Notes under the pieces: generated by a model | Seen by the model: the letters and a program-made list of their open reading frames with translations, nothing else | What the model was told of the DNA's origin: nothing | The model's database searches: none | Translations under genes and position numbers: made by a program | Source of the DNA: Candidatus Parcubacteria bacterium | GTDB lineage: Bacteria; Patescibacteriota; Patescibacteriia; UBA1558; GWA2-36-10 | NCBI GenBank assembly: GCA_018669975.1 | Contig: JABHSK010000005.1 | Coordinates: 57,123 to 121,122, forward strand | Reading direction: 5' to 3' | Length of the DNA stretch: 64,000 bases | Part shown: piece after piece, positions 12,323-22,230 of the stretch | Layout: every line of letters begins with the position of its first letter | Numbering within the stretch: position 1 is the first letter of the stretch

Positions 12323-13009
12323 ATGGCTAAAACAAGCAAAAGATTAAAAGAGGCACAAGCTAAAATTGATAATGAGAAAAAATATACTGCTGATGAAGGA
12401 ATTAAATTAGTTAAGGAAACTTCTCAGGTCAAATTTGACGCCTCAGTAGAAGTTCATGTCCGATTAGGCATTGATCCCAAGAAGGGTGATCAAATCGTTA
12501 GAAACTCAGTTATTTTACCTCACGGCACCGGTAAAACTATTAAGGTAGCAGCCTTTGTGCCAGAAGATAGAGCTAAAGAAGCTAAGGATGCTGGAGCAGA
12601 TGTAGTTGGCTCTGAAGAATTAATTGAATCAATCAAGAAGACTGGCAAAACTGATTTTGATATAGCAGTTACCATTCCTGAAATGATGAAGAATCTGGCT
12701 GTTATTGCTAAGATTTTAGGTCAAAAAGGTTTAATGCCAAATCCTAAAACTGGTACTATTGGTCCTGACCTGACCAAAATGATTGAAGAGCTTAAGAAAG
12801 GTAAGGTGTCCTATAAGAATGATGCTACTGCTAATCTACATATAACTATTGGTAAAGTATCATTTGAAGATAAGCAATTGATTGAAAATTTAGAAAAGTT
12901 TACAGATTCTCTGAAGAAATCAAAACCACAATCTTTAAAGGGAACATTTATTAAATCTCTTTATTTGACATCTTCTATGGGACCTAGTATTAAAATAGTT
13001 GTTAACTAA
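12323..13009 (+). CDS. rplA: 50S ribosomal protein uL1
   Basis: KFDASVEVHVRLGIDP, LPHGTGK, GLMPNPKTGT and SSMGPS; start moved to the ATG at 12323. Confidence 0.97.
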   Translation: MAKTSKRLKEAQAKIDNEKKYTADEGIKLVKETSQVKFDASVEVHVRLGIDPKKGDQIVRNSVILPHGTGKTIKVAAFVPEDRAKEAKDAGADVVGSEELIESIKKTGKTDFDIAVTIPEMMKNLAVIAKILGQKGLMPNPKTGTIGPDLTKMIEELKKGKVSYKNDATANLHITIGKVSFEDKQLIENLEKFTDSLKKSKPQSLKGTFIKSLYLTSSMGPSIKIVVN

Positions 13010-13021
13010 AATATTCACATT

Positions 13022-13054
13022 AAACACGCCGCCCGAATGGGCGGCGTGTTTTTT
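13022..13054 (+). terminator. Intrinsic terminator after rplA
   Basis: AAACACGCCGCCC-gaat-GGGCGGCGTGTTT followed by a T-run. Confidence 0.85.
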
Positions 13055-13069
13055 AATAAAGAGATTTTC

Positions 13070-13098
13070 TTGACAAGTTTTTTTATTGTGTATACACT
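13070..13098 (+). promoter_or_regulatory. Sigma70-type promoter
   Basis: TTGACA-17 nt-TACACT. Confidence 0.6.
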
Positions 13099-13369
13099 GA
13101 AAGTACATAATAAAAATTATGTTAAACATTAGCTTAAAAAACAACAAGTCAAAGAGCTGTAGCTGTAGTTCATTCCGCAGCGGATTTGTTGTTGTTAGCT
13201 AATTACATATTTTTTATTATTTCATAGCCTTTTTGTGGGCAAATAATTGAATATAAATAATTTTATAGTAATCAGCTATCAACTTTACGTAGATAGCTTT
13301 TTTTGTATTCAAATTATTGTTCTTTTCACTTAGGGCGGAGTTGTTCATCTTTCTCAGGAGGCGTACAAA

Positions 13370-13693
13370 ATGTACAGAGACCGTCACAAATGTCGTGGGC
13401 CCATCAGCCACGTACTTCAGGATGCCTGGAAGCAGCGCATGCAGAGTAATCCCAGTAATGACGAATTGGTTGAAATTATCAAGCAAATCGTTGTTTGGCG
13501 GGAAGAGGCTGCTGCTGAGCTTCTCAAACGTGAGTTGAGTCTTACTATTCCTCAGTTGCGGGCAGTTGTCCAAAATGTTCCGGAATGGCAGGGTAAAGCT
13601 AGTCGTTTACTTGACCGTCTGATCGGTTGGGAGGGAGACAGGCAGTTACTGGAAGATCAAGAGGATAAGCCTAAGAAGCAGGCGATTGGCTAA
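13370..13693 (+). CDS. Hypothetical helical-repeat protein
   Basis: AGGAGG SD before the ATG; 107 aa; higher GC than flanking core genes. Confidence 0.65.
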   Translation: MYRDRHKCRGPISHVLQDAWKQRMQSNPSNDELVEIIKQIVVWREEAAAELLKRELSLTIPQLRAVVQNVPEWQGKASRLLDRLIGWEGDRQLLEDQEDKPKKQAIG

Positions 13694-13705
13694 GGAGGTG
13701 ATATC

Positions 13706-13906
13706 ATGGCCAAAAAAATGCCTGATCAGAACAAGGGCTTTGATCGCGATGATCTTGTAGATAGTGCTACTGGTGATGAGTTAACGAATACTCAGAGAGG
13801 ATCTGGGGAGCATGAAGCCATCTATGGTCAAGAAGATGTCAGTAATTCTGATGTTTCCTGGACAGGTAATGATGATGATAGTGTTTCGCCATTTTTCGAT
13901 GGGTAA
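13706..13906 (+). CDS. Small acidic hypothetical protein
   Basis: Perfect AAGGAGGTGA SD; followed by the hairpin GGGCGGTTT...AAATCGCCC (13914-13938). Confidence 0.6.
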   Translation: MAKKMPDQNKGFDRDDLVDSATGDELTNTQRGSGEHEAIYGQEDVSNSDVSWTGNDDDSVSPFFDG

Positions 13907-14011
13907 CAGTCATGGGCGGTTTGATTTTCAAATCGCCCAGTATTAGAAATAAAGCATTGATATATATTTTAACGTGTGTTAAATTGATTTTAACAATTAA
14001 TCAACAATAGT

Positions 14012-15508
14012 ATGGATTTATTAATAAAAACTAAATCAGAAGACATAATGGAGGCCGAGGTATTATTTGTGCCTGTTTTAGAAGACGAACAAGCAATAAA
14101 GAATACAATTAAAAGCTTGCAATATGATGATCAAGCATGGGTATTGGATAAAATGTCCAAAGAAAAGTTTACAGGTAAAAAAGATCAGATATTAATTATG
14201 CCCGACGATGAGCAGGTGGTGATTTTTATTGGCACCGGACAAGCTGCTAAATTGTCTGTAGAAGATTGGCGTCAGATAGCTGGACAGGTGGTTGCATATT
14301 TAAAAAGATACTCAGCTCAGAGTATAGCTATGGTAGCCTCTCATTGGCTTAAAGGTAATCAAAATGTTAGAGCTTTGACTCAGGCTATGGCAGAAGGTAT
14401 TCTATTGGCTGGTTATGATTTTGATAAATATAAAAAAGAGGATTCTAGTAAAATTAAACTAAACCTTGAAAAAGTTTTTGTCTTAGCTAAAGCCAACCAA
14501 AGAGTAAAATTAAAACAGGGTTGGCAGGTAGGTCTATGGTTAGCAGAGGGCACTATTAAAGCCAGGGACTTAGTTAATGAGCCAGCTAGTGTGATGACTC
14601 CTACTTATTTAGCTAGACAAGCTGAACAAATAGCCAAAGTTAATAAAAGTATATCAGCAAAGATTTTGGAAAAAGCCCAGGTTAAAAAAATGGGCATGAA
14701 TGCTTTTTTAGCAGTTGATCAAGGTTCTAGTCAGGTGCCAAAGTTTATTCATTTGATATACAAGCCTACTGGCCGCACTAAAGACAAAATAGCCATTGTT
14801 GGTAAAGGAGTAACTTTTGATAGCGGTGGATTAAATATAAAGACCGGAGATTCCATGGAGCAGATGAAGATAGATATGGGAGGCGCAGCCACAGTGGTGG
14901 GATTATTTTCTGTGCTAGCTCAATTAAAGCCAAAGGTGGAGGTTCATGGAGTTATTGCTGCCTGTGAGAATATGCCTTCTGGAGCTGCTATTAAGCCAGG
15001 AGATATTGTTAAGAATATGCAGGGCAAGAGCATAGAAATAGGCAACACTGATGCTGAAGGTCGAGTGACCATGGCTGATTCATTGGCCTACGCTCAAAAG
15101 CAAGGTATCAGCAAGGTGGTGGATTTAGCTACTTTAACTGGTGCTGTGATGGCAGCTTTGGGTACGGATTATGCCGGTTTATTTGCTAATGATGAAAAGC
15201 TGGCTAAAGGTCTATTGAAGGCTGGGGATGTTTCTGGTGAAAATCTTTGGTTATTACCACTACCGTTGGAATATAAGAAACTTAATCAAAGTAAAGTAGC
15301 GGATATTAAAAACATACCTAGTACTAGGTATGGAGGAGCTATTACAGCAGCTTTATTTTTGCAGGAATTTATTGAAGAGGATGTAAAGTGGGCTCATCTA
15401 GATATAGCTGCACCAGTTTATGCTGAAAAACCAATGAATAGTTATACACCTGTAGGAGGAGTTGGTTTTGGAGTGCGTACACTATTTGAGTGGCTTAATA
15501 TTTTATAG
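14012..15508 (+). CDS. pepA: Leucyl aminopeptidase (M17)
   Basis: VGKGVTFDSGG, MKIDMGGAA, NTDAEGR, DLATLTGA and WAHLDIA. Confidence 0.95.
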   Translation: MDLLIKTKSEDIMEAEVLFVPVLEDEQAIKNTIKSLQYDDQAWVLDKMSKEKFTGKKDQILIMPDDEQVVIFIGTGQAAKLSVEDWRQIAGQVVAYLKRYSAQSIAMVASHWLKGNQNVRALTQAMAEGILLAGYDFDKYKKEDSSKIKLNLEKVFVLAKANQRVKLKQGWQVGLWLAEGTIKARDLVNEPASVMTPTYLARQAEQIAKVNKSISAKILEKAQVKKMGMNAFLAVDQGSSQVPKFIHLIYKPTGRTKDKIAIVGKGVTFDSGGLNIKTGDSMEQMKIDMGGAATVVGLFSVLAQLKPKVEVHGVIAACENMPSGAAIKPGDIVKNMQGKSIEIGNTDAEGRVTMADSLAYAQKQGISKVVDLATLTGAVMAALGTDYAGLFANDEKLAKGLLKAGDVSGENLWLLPLPLEYKKLNQSKVADIKNIPSTRYGGAITAALFLQEFIEEDVKWAHLDIAAPVYAEKPMNSYTPVGGVGFGVRTLFEWLNIL

Positions 15509-15518
15509 GATATATTTT

Positions 15519-15548
15519 ACCCAGCCCCGAGAGGGGCTGGGTTTTTTT
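15519..15548. terminator. Terminator between convergent pepA and pth
   Basis: ACCCAGCCCC-gaga-GGGGCTGGGT followed by a T-run. Confidence 0.85.
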
Positions 15549-16101
15549 AATTGTATTTATTAGAAGCTTGTTCGAATCCTTTATCTAATAATGTTTCTAT
15601 AATCAAGTGGCTAGTATCTATGATTTCTGAAAGTTTCTTTTTTTCTTCAGAGTTAAATTTTTTTAATACAAACTCTTCGGACTTGCCTTTTTGCGGACCA
15701 ATACCCATTCTGACTCGTTTAAAATCTTTTGATTTGAGATATTTAATAACATCTTCTATACCTCTGTGTCCACCAGCACCGCGCTTCTTAGATAGTCTTA
15801 TTTTGCCAAATGGTAAATCAATGTCATCATGGATTATTATAATTTTATTAGTTGGTAATTTGTAAAAGCTTTTTAATCCCCGGACAGCTTTACCAGATTC
15901 ATTCATGTAAAGGTCAGTCTTGGCTAAAATAATTTTCTCTCTGCCACTTTGAAAATCACTAGTAAAACTATTGGCTTTTTTATTTTTCTTCCAGCTAAGA
16001 TTTTTTTTCTCCACCAAAGAATCTAGACTTAAATGTCCAAAATTATGACGGGTGTATTGGTATTCTTTGTCTGGATTTCCCAAACTAACGATTAGTTTCA
16101 T
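15547..16101 (-). CDS. pth: Peptidyl-tRNA hydrolase
   Basis: LGNP...YQYTRHNFG, YMNESG, IIHDDIDL and GGHRG. Confidence 0.95.
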   Translation of the reverse strand: MKLIVSLGNPDKEYQYTRHNFGHLSLDSLVEKKNLSWKKNKKANSFTSDFQSGREKIILAKTDLYMNESGKAVRGLKSFYKLPTNKIIIIHDDIDLPFGKIRLSKKRGAGGHRGIEDVIKYLKSKDFKRVRMGIGPQKGKSEEFVLKKFNSEEKKKLSEIIDTSHLIIETLLDKGFEQASNKYN

Positions 16102-16110
16102 AACTTAATC

Positions 16111-17472
16111 TTAATTTTTATCCTGTACATTCTGGCTTTTTTTGACATATATTTTTATAGGAACACCCAGAAAACCAAATTTATATCTTAAATTTTTCTC
16201 AATAAACCTTAGGTAAGAATCATGTAGGTCTGCCTTAAAATTTATTTTAATAGCAAATGTAGGGGGATTGGTGTGGAGTTGTCTAAGGGTATAGATATAA
16301 GGATGTTTTTCGCCTTTTCCGCGAGATGGTTTATGCCTTTTGACGATTTTTTTAAGCAATTTATCCAAGGCGTTTTCACTAATAGTACGGTTTTTCTCTT
16401 CAAATACATTTACCATGCTAGTTAACAACCTTTTAATGCGGATTTTTTCTGTAGCAGAGGTAAACAATAGAGGTGCCCAGGTAATAAAAGGGAAAAATCT
16501 TTTATAATAGTTTTCAAATTCTTGTACAGTGTCAGTTTTTTTGTCAGGAATCAAATCCCACTTGTTGGCTAAAATTATGATACCAGTGCCAACTTCATTG
16601 GCTTCCTCTATTAGATGTTTGTCTTGCCAACTCAATCTTTTACTGACATCGGTCACGAGGACAATTAGATCAGATTTTTTGATACTAAGCAGGCTTTGTT
16701 CAACGCTTTGTTTTTCAAAGGCATCTTTAGATCGCCTGCTTTGGCGACGCATACCAGCTGTATCTATTAATATTATCTTCTGTCCTTCAAAATTAAACTC
16801 AATATCTTGGGAATCTCTAGTGGTGTGTGGCGTTGAAGACACTATTACTCTTTCTTCGCCTAATATTGCATTGATAAGAGAGGATTTGCCTACGTTTGGT
16901 TTGCCAACAATAGCTACTCGAATTACTGGTATATCTTCATCGACTGATGTTTTGACTTTTTTCTTTGGTATTTTTTTTAATCTTTTAACTATTTCGTCTA
17001 ACAAGTCCCCAGTACCAACGCCACTAGCAGCAGAAACAGGCCAAGGCTTACCTAGATTTAGTTTGTAGAACTCAGCAATAGATTGACGTAGTTTATTATT
17101 ATCAGCTTTATTGGCTATCAAGAGTAGTGGTTTCTTGGCTTTTTTAAATTGTTTAGCTAACTCTATATCAGCTGGCATTAGTCCAGTCTTTGTATCTATA
17201 ACCATTAAAACAAGGTCAGCTTCATCGATTGCCAGTTTAGCTTGGTGACTAATCTGTTGGTCTATATCGTCACCAGTAGTTTTTTCCAAACCCCCAGTAT
17301 CTATCAAATCAAAATCTAAGTCCTTCCAAGAACAAAGGGTGTAGTTCCTATCTCTAGTTGTACCGGCAACCGTTGAGGTAATGGCTTTTTTACTGTTAGC
17401 CAACTTATTGAATAAAGTTGATTTACCTACATTGATTCTGCCAACAATGGCTACCTTATATAAATTAGACAT
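16111..17472 (-). CDS. der: Ribosome biogenesis GTPase Der (EngA)
   Basis: Two tandem G-domains (GRINVGKST/DTGG and GKPNVGKSS/DTAG) plus a KH-like C-terminus. Confidence 0.96.
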   Translation of the reverse strand: MSNLYKVAIVGRINVGKSTLFNKLANSKKAITSTVAGTTRDRNYTLCSWKDLDFDLIDTGGLEKTTGDDIDQQISHQAKLAIDEADLVLMVIDTKTGLMPADIELAKQFKKAKKPLLLIANKADNNKLRQSIAEFYKLNLGKPWPVSAASGVGTGDLLDEIVKRLKKIPKKKVKTSVDEDIPVIRVAIVGKPNVGKSSLINAILGEERVIVSSTPHTTRDSQDIEFNFEGQKIILIDTAGMRRQSRRSKDAFEKQSVEQSLLSIKKSDLIVLVTDVSKRLSWQDKHLIEEANEVGTGIIILANKWDLIPDKKTDTVQEFENYYKRFFPFITWAPLLFTSATEKIRIKRLLTSMVNVFEEKNRTISENALDKLLKKIVKRHKPSRGKGEKHPYIYTLRQLHTNPPTFAIKINFKADLHDSYLRFIEKNLRYKFGFLGVPIKIYVKKSQNVQDKN

Positions 17473-17474
17473 AT

Positions 17475-19073
17475 TTATTCTTCTATTATTATAGCATCAG
17501 TAGAGGAAGTTGTAGAGGCATTAAGTAAGGATGGGTCAATAGTAGCTATTATTTCTGCATCTTCTATTGGCTTATGATCCATACCTAGTACTACTAAAAA
17601 GTCCAATTTTTTTAGTTCTCCATCATCATTTTTAATGCCCCATGAGGAAGCAATAACTGAATCAGAGTATTCTAGGGGCGGTTGATTATTTACTTTGGTT
17701 TGAAATATAGATTCTAATGTTTTAGCTGTTTGTGGTTTATCTTCATTATATTGGTAAATTACGGTGGTTATCTTATCTTGAGAGACAGCATTGCCGTATC
17801 TAATAATATCAACCCCCATTTGTTCTAGATGATTGACGGCTTCTAGGGCTAGGCCAGGCACATCAGTACCATTTTGTATAACGATATTAGAATTTTCAGA
17901 GTATGATTTACCTAGATCAAAGATATTGTGAACCAGCATTTGTATTTGCTCAAAATTACCTGTTACAGGCTGTAAAATATAAGCGCCGTCAGCTTGTGCG
18001 ATGCCAGCTTTAAGGTGTCCACCTGGATTGTCATTAATTGATTGGCTAATTATCTGTTGTGTGTTAATGCCCTTAGCCATGTGTACTAGCTTAACTGCTT
18101 CCCAGGGTTCTAGGTCAGTAGTGGTATATTGATTAAATAATGAAAACAGACTGGTAATTTTTTGAGGATTTATCAGAGTATTAAAAGATGTTAATTTATC
18201 TTTAGCAGCCATGAGTATGTTTTGTTGTCTCTTGATACGGGCAAAGTCTGAGCCTTCTCCATTGTTACCGTGTCTTGAACGAGCATAGCGTAGAGCAGTT
18301 AGTCCAGGCATTATTTGTGCGCCAGCATCAAAGGAAACGGTCTGCCATTTTTCATCATAGGTTGGGAATTGTGCGTCTACAAAACTTGTAGTCACGTCGA
18401 TTTCTATACCATCAACGGCATCTATCATTTTTATGAAGCCATTAAAATCTACAGCTGCAAAATAATGTATAGGCATATCTAAAGTTTCAGACAATACTTC
18501 CTTTACTAGGGAGCCACCGCTACCAAGCTCTTGTTGTTCGCCTATAGTGTAGATGGAGTTTACTTTACGGTAATTATTTTTTTCTAGGGGCACTATCATG
18601 TCTCGTGGTACAGAAAAAACAGCAGATTGTTTGGTAGAAGGTTTAAAGCTAGCAATAATGATTGTATCAGTTAAGTATGGTCCATTGTGACCAGGTCCAC
18701 CCATACCCAATAAAACAAAGTTGATCCGATCTTCTTTTTCACCAGCTAGGTGTTTTTCTTTGCTAGAAATTATATTAGTTATTTGACGAATTAAATATCC
18801 ATTTTTTATGCCGGATAAAAAATTATTATTGTCAGAAGATAGTGTCAAACTAGATAGGCTAAACAAAATAATAAGCACTATAAAAAAGCAGGAAAATTTT
18901 TTTCTACCAGATGTTTTTCTGGTTTTCTTTCCTGATATTTTCTTCTTGGGTTTTTTTATCAAGTGGGACGCCTTGGAAGGACTATTGTCTTCTATGTGGA
19001 CATTTTGTACTGGGCGTTCAACTGATTCATTCTCCAAGAGATTTATCTTACGTTTTTTGAAATCCCTACCCAT
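17475..19073 (-). CDS. LCP (LytR-CpsA-Psr) family phosphotransferase with LytR_C domain
   Basis: One TM helix; TDTIII, SVPRD, ALRYARSRH and SDFARIKRQQ; NGT..PGLA LytR_C motif. Confidence 0.92.
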   Translation of the reverse strand: MGRDFKKRKINLLENESVERPVQNVHIEDNSPSKASHLIKKPKKKISGKKTRKTSGRKKFSCFFIVLIILFSLSSLTLSSDNNNFLSGIKNGYLIRQITNIISSKEKHLAGEKEDRINFVLLGMGGPGHNGPYLTDTIIIASFKPSTKQSAVFSVPRDMIVPLEKNNYRKVNSIYTIGEQQELGSGGSLVKEVLSETLDMPIHYFAAVDFNGFIKMIDAVDGIEIDVTTSFVDAQFPTYDEKWQTVSFDAGAQIMPGLTALRYARSRHGNNGEGSDFARIKRQQNILMAAKDKLTSFNTLINPQKITSLFSLFNQYTTTDLEPWEAVKLVHMAKGINTQQIISQSINDNPGGHLKAGIAQADGAYILQPVTGNFEQIQMLVHNIFDLGKSYSENSNIVIQNGTDVPGLALEAVNHLEQMGVDIIRYGNAVSQDKITTVIYQYNEDKPQTAKTLESIFQTKVNNQPPLEYSDSVIASSWGIKNDDGELKKLDFLVVLGMDHKPIEDAEIIATIDPSLLNASTTSSTDAIIIEE

Positions 19074-19268
19074 TCAATTGTGATTTTATTCACTTATTTC
19101 TTTAAATAAAGCAAATGAATTATACTAGGAAAAGGTGTCAAAGTCAATCATTGTCTAACTGGTGGTTTTGGGTTAAAATTGCTAGATAAAATAGGCTTTT
19201 TTGCATTTGATTTTAATTATATCTTTGTGTATAATAACCCTACTGTATTATAATTTTAAACTAATTTT

Positions 19269-19937
19269 ATGGAGCAAGGTCAGGATTTAAAAAAAGAAAA
19301 CTCAGAGAAGAATTCAGCAGATGCCACACCAGATAAAGACGATTTTGATATGAGTCATTTTTCGGATGAGGATGATGAGGGTATAGTTAGTAACTGGGCT
19401 AAGAAATTCGGTCTATTAATATTTGAGGTTGTTAAAGTTGTATTAATTTCTCTAGCTATTATTTTACCAATCAGATTATTTTTGGTGCAGCCTTTTTATG
19501 TGGACGGTGCTTCAATGGAGCCAAATTTTTATAATAAAGAATATTTGATTATTGATGAGATATCTTATCGATTTAATGAACCACAACGAGGTGAAGTGGT
19601 AGTTCTGAAGAATCCAAAAGACACCAGAGTTTATTTTATAAAAAGAATTGTAGGTTTACCAGGAGAGACTGTAGAGATTAAAGATGGCAAGGTGTCTATA
19701 GATGGTAAGATTTTAAATGAGGCCTATATTGAACATTTATCTTCGCAGAGTCATGAAGCTTTGACTTTAGCAGAAAATGATTATTTTGTTATGGGTGACA
19801 ATAGGGCAAATAGTTATGATTCTAGAACAATTGGCCCGGTCAATAGAGATTATGTTATTGGTAGAGTCTGGTTCAGGGGTTGGCCTCTAGACAGGTTTAA
19901 TACTTTTAATCTGCCAATTTATGAATTTATGAATTAA
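19269..19937 (+). CDS. lepB: Signal peptidase I
   Basis: GASMEP (catalytic Ser), FIKRIVGLPGE (Lys) and MGDNRANSYDSR. Confidence 0.95.
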   Translation: MEQGQDLKKENSEKNSADATPDKDDFDMSHFSDEDDEGIVSNWAKKFGLLIFEVVKVVLISLAIILPIRLFLVQPFYVDGASMEPNFYNKEYLIIDEISYRFNEPQRGEVVVLKNPKDTRVYFIKRIVGLPGETVEIKDGKVSIDGKILNEAYIEHLSSQSHEALTLAENDYFVMGDNRANSYDSRTIGPVNRDYVIGRVWFRGWPLDRFNTFNLPIYEFMN

Positions 19938-19949
19938 TATTTAAATACT

Positions 19950-21272
19950 ATGCCAAAAATAAAGAAAGCAAAAAAATCTCGTGTCCAATTAGTTAAAGGC
20001 ATGAAAGATATCTTGGCCGATGAACAGGTTTATTGGTCTGTGATTAGGGATAAAGTAACTGAGATGGCTAAAAATTATGGTTTTTCTCGTATTGATACAC
20101 CCGTGGTTGAGTTTACCAGCCTTTTTAAAAGAACTATTGGTGAAGAAACTGATGTTGTTAGCAAAGAAATGTATTCCTTCGTTACTCAGGGTGGTGACAA
20201 ACTTTCTTTGCGTCCTGAGAATACAGCCGGAGTAGTTAGGAGTTATATAGAACACGGCATGCTTAATTTACCACAACCAGTCAAACTATTTTATATCGGA
20301 CCACAATTTCGTCATGACAAGCCTCAGGCTGGGCGATATCGTCAATTTTGGCAATTTGGTTTTGAGGCCATTGGTGATGAAGATCCAGTTGTAGATGCTC
20401 AAATGATAGTCATGTCTTACAGTATTTTGAAAGATTTAGGCTTAGATGTGGAGGTACAGATAAATAGTGTAGGGGACAGTGAGTGTAGACCACAATACTT
20501 AAAGGTGCTTAAACAGTATTACCAAGGTTATAAGAAGGAACTATGTGCGGACTGTACCAAGCGTTTTACTAAAAACACGCTTAGATTATTGGATTGTAAG
20601 AGTAAAAGATGTAAAGAATTAGCAGACGAAGCTCCTCAATTGGTAGATCATCTGTCAAGTGATTGTAAGAATCATTTTATGGCTGTTTTAGAGTATTTAG
20701 ATGAAATGGACATTAAATATAATCTAAACCCTAAGATAGTTAGAGGTTTGGATTATTATACTAGGACTGCTTGGGAAATAGTTGAGTCTGGTGAGAAAGG
20801 CAAGCTTAACGCTTTAGGTGGTGGTGGTCGTTATGATGAGCTGGTAGCTTTATTGGGTGGTCGTGAAACACCAGGGGTTGGCTTTGCCATGGGCATTGAA
20901 AGAGTTATTTTAAGCATGCAAGAAGCCAAAACAGAAATAGATAAGACTAAAAGCTGTGATGTTTATGTCGCACAGCTAGGTACTGAGGCTCGCAAGAAGA
21001 CGTTAAAACTTTTTGAGGAATTAATAAGTAAAGGTTTTAGTGTGGCTGAGAATATGTCTAAGAAGGGACTTAAGGATCAATTAGATGCAGCTAATAAAAG
21101 AGGGGCGAAATATACTTTGATATTAGGACAAAAAGAAATTGCAGATGATACAATATTGCTTAGAGATATGGAGAGTGGGGTACAGGAAGTAATTAATTTT
21201 AAAAAGATAGACAGAGAATTAACTAAGCGTTTAGAAGCTCTGCAGGTTAAGTTAGCTAAGGTTAAAAAATAG
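19950..21272 (+). CDS. hisS: Histidine--tRNA ligase
   Basis: LRPENTA, GRYRQFWQ, VRGLDYY and GGGRYD. Confidence 0.97.
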   Translation: MPKIKKAKKSRVQLVKGMKDILADEQVYWSVIRDKVTEMAKNYGFSRIDTPVVEFTSLFKRTIGEETDVVSKEMYSFVTQGGDKLSLRPENTAGVVRSYIEHGMLNLPQPVKLFYIGPQFRHDKPQAGRYRQFWQFGFEAIGDEDPVVDAQMIVMSYSILKDLGLDVEVQINSVGDSECRPQYLKVLKQYYQGYKKELCADCTKRFTKNTLRLLDCKSKRCKELADEAPQLVDHLSSDCKNHFMAVLEYLDEMDIKYNLNPKIVRGLDYYTRTAWEIVESGEKGKLNALGGGGRYDELVALLGGRETPGVGFAMGIERVILSMQEAKTEIDKTKSCDVYVAQLGTEARKKTLKLFEELISKGFSVAENMSKKGLKDQLDAANKRGAKYTLILGQKEIADDTILLRDMESGVQEVINFKKIDRELTKRLEALQVKLAKVKK

Positions 21273-21412
21273 CCTTTTGGGCCTCTTAAAAAGATGTTCA
21301 ATAATACACAAGTTTAGTTATTGACTTTTGCTCTAAAATTTGTCATTATAATAGTAAGAATAATCGCCTTCGGGCATTATTCTTTGTACTGATATAATTA
21401 TTAAAAAACTAT

Positions 21413-21430
21413 AGAAAGGGAGGTGATAGC
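21413..21430 (+). promoter_or_regulatory. Extended Shine-Dalgarno sequence of rpsU
   Basis: AGAAAGGGAGGTGATAGC immediately before the GTG/TTG start. Confidence 0.75.
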
Positions 21431-21679
21431 GTGTTGGAGGTTAAAAGAAAGGATACAGAGTCTTTTGAAAGTTTGATTCGTAGGTTTACTAAGAAAACTA
21501 TCCAAAGCGGTAAAATTTTACAAGCCAAAAAAATTAGATTTTTTAACAAGAACAAAAGCAAAAGAGAATTGAAAGATAGTGCTTTGCGAAAACAAAAAAT
21601 CGGCGACCGTTTTGAATATATGAAAAAAATCGGCAAACTTGACGAAAGTAAGTTTAAACGTGGTAAAAAAAGAAGATAG
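21431..21679 (+). CDS. rpsU: 30S ribosomal protein bS21 with C-terminal extension
   Basis: EVKRKDTESFESLIRRFTKK...G.I....K.RF pattern; rpsU-yqeY synteny. Confidence 0.85.
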   Translation: MLEVKRKDTESFESLIRRFTKKTIQSGKILQAKKIRFFNKNKSKRELKDSALRKQKIGDRFEYMKKIGKLDESKFKRGKKRR

Positions 21680-21755
21680 TATAATCGTTAGTTTTTGTTT
21701 ACCAATATAATAAATTGGTAAACAGGCTACTAATGAGTATTAATTTCATAAATTC

Positions 21756-22199
21756 ATGTCTCTACAACAGACAATTGATGAGAATTTTAAGAAAGCCTTG
21801 AAGAATAAGGAGGAAATAAAGGTTTCTGTAATGAGGATGCTCAAGGCAGCCATCAAAAATAAATGCATTGAAGACAAGAGGGATAGTCTAGATGATAAAG
21901 ATGTTATGGCCGTTATACAAAAAGAACTCAAAAAACGAAAAGATTCAATAGAGGCTTTTGAAAAAGCAGATCGGCAAGATTTGGCAGATAAAGAGAAAAA
22001 AGAATTAGAGATTTTGGCAGAATATACGCCAGAAATGATGCCTAAAGAAGAAGTGGCAGCTATTGTGGATGAGGTGATAGCGCAAGATAAAGAAGCTAAT
22101 TTTGGACAAATTATGAAACAAGTAATGACCAAGGTGCAAGGCAAGGCCGAAGGGCAGTTGGTACAGAGTTTGGTCAAAGAAAAGTTGAACCACAATTAA
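21756..22199 (+). CDS. GatB/YqeY domain protein
   Basis: RMLKAAIKN, KKRKDSIEAF..ADR.DLADKEK.EL and FGQIMK.VM; follows rpsU. Confidence 0.9.
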   Translation: MSLQQTIDENFKKALKNKEEIKVSVMRMLKAAIKNKCIEDKRDSLDDKDVMAVIQKELKKRKDSIEAFEKADRQDLADKEKKELEILAEYTPEMMPKEEVAAIVDEVIAQDKEANFGQIMKQVMTKVQGKAEGQLVQSLVKEKLNHN

Positions 22200-22230
22200 A
22201 AAAAATATTTAAATAGTTAAAAATATCCCC

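Noticed and set aside
13236-13270. c-di-GMP-I riboswitch suggested by GGGCAAA
   Set aside because: Lacks the GNRA-capped P2 and the downstream GCAAAGC/P3 elements.
13217-13573. ORFs 13217-13573 (-) and 13317-13538 (+)
   Set aside because: Shadows of the SD-led 13370-13693 gene.
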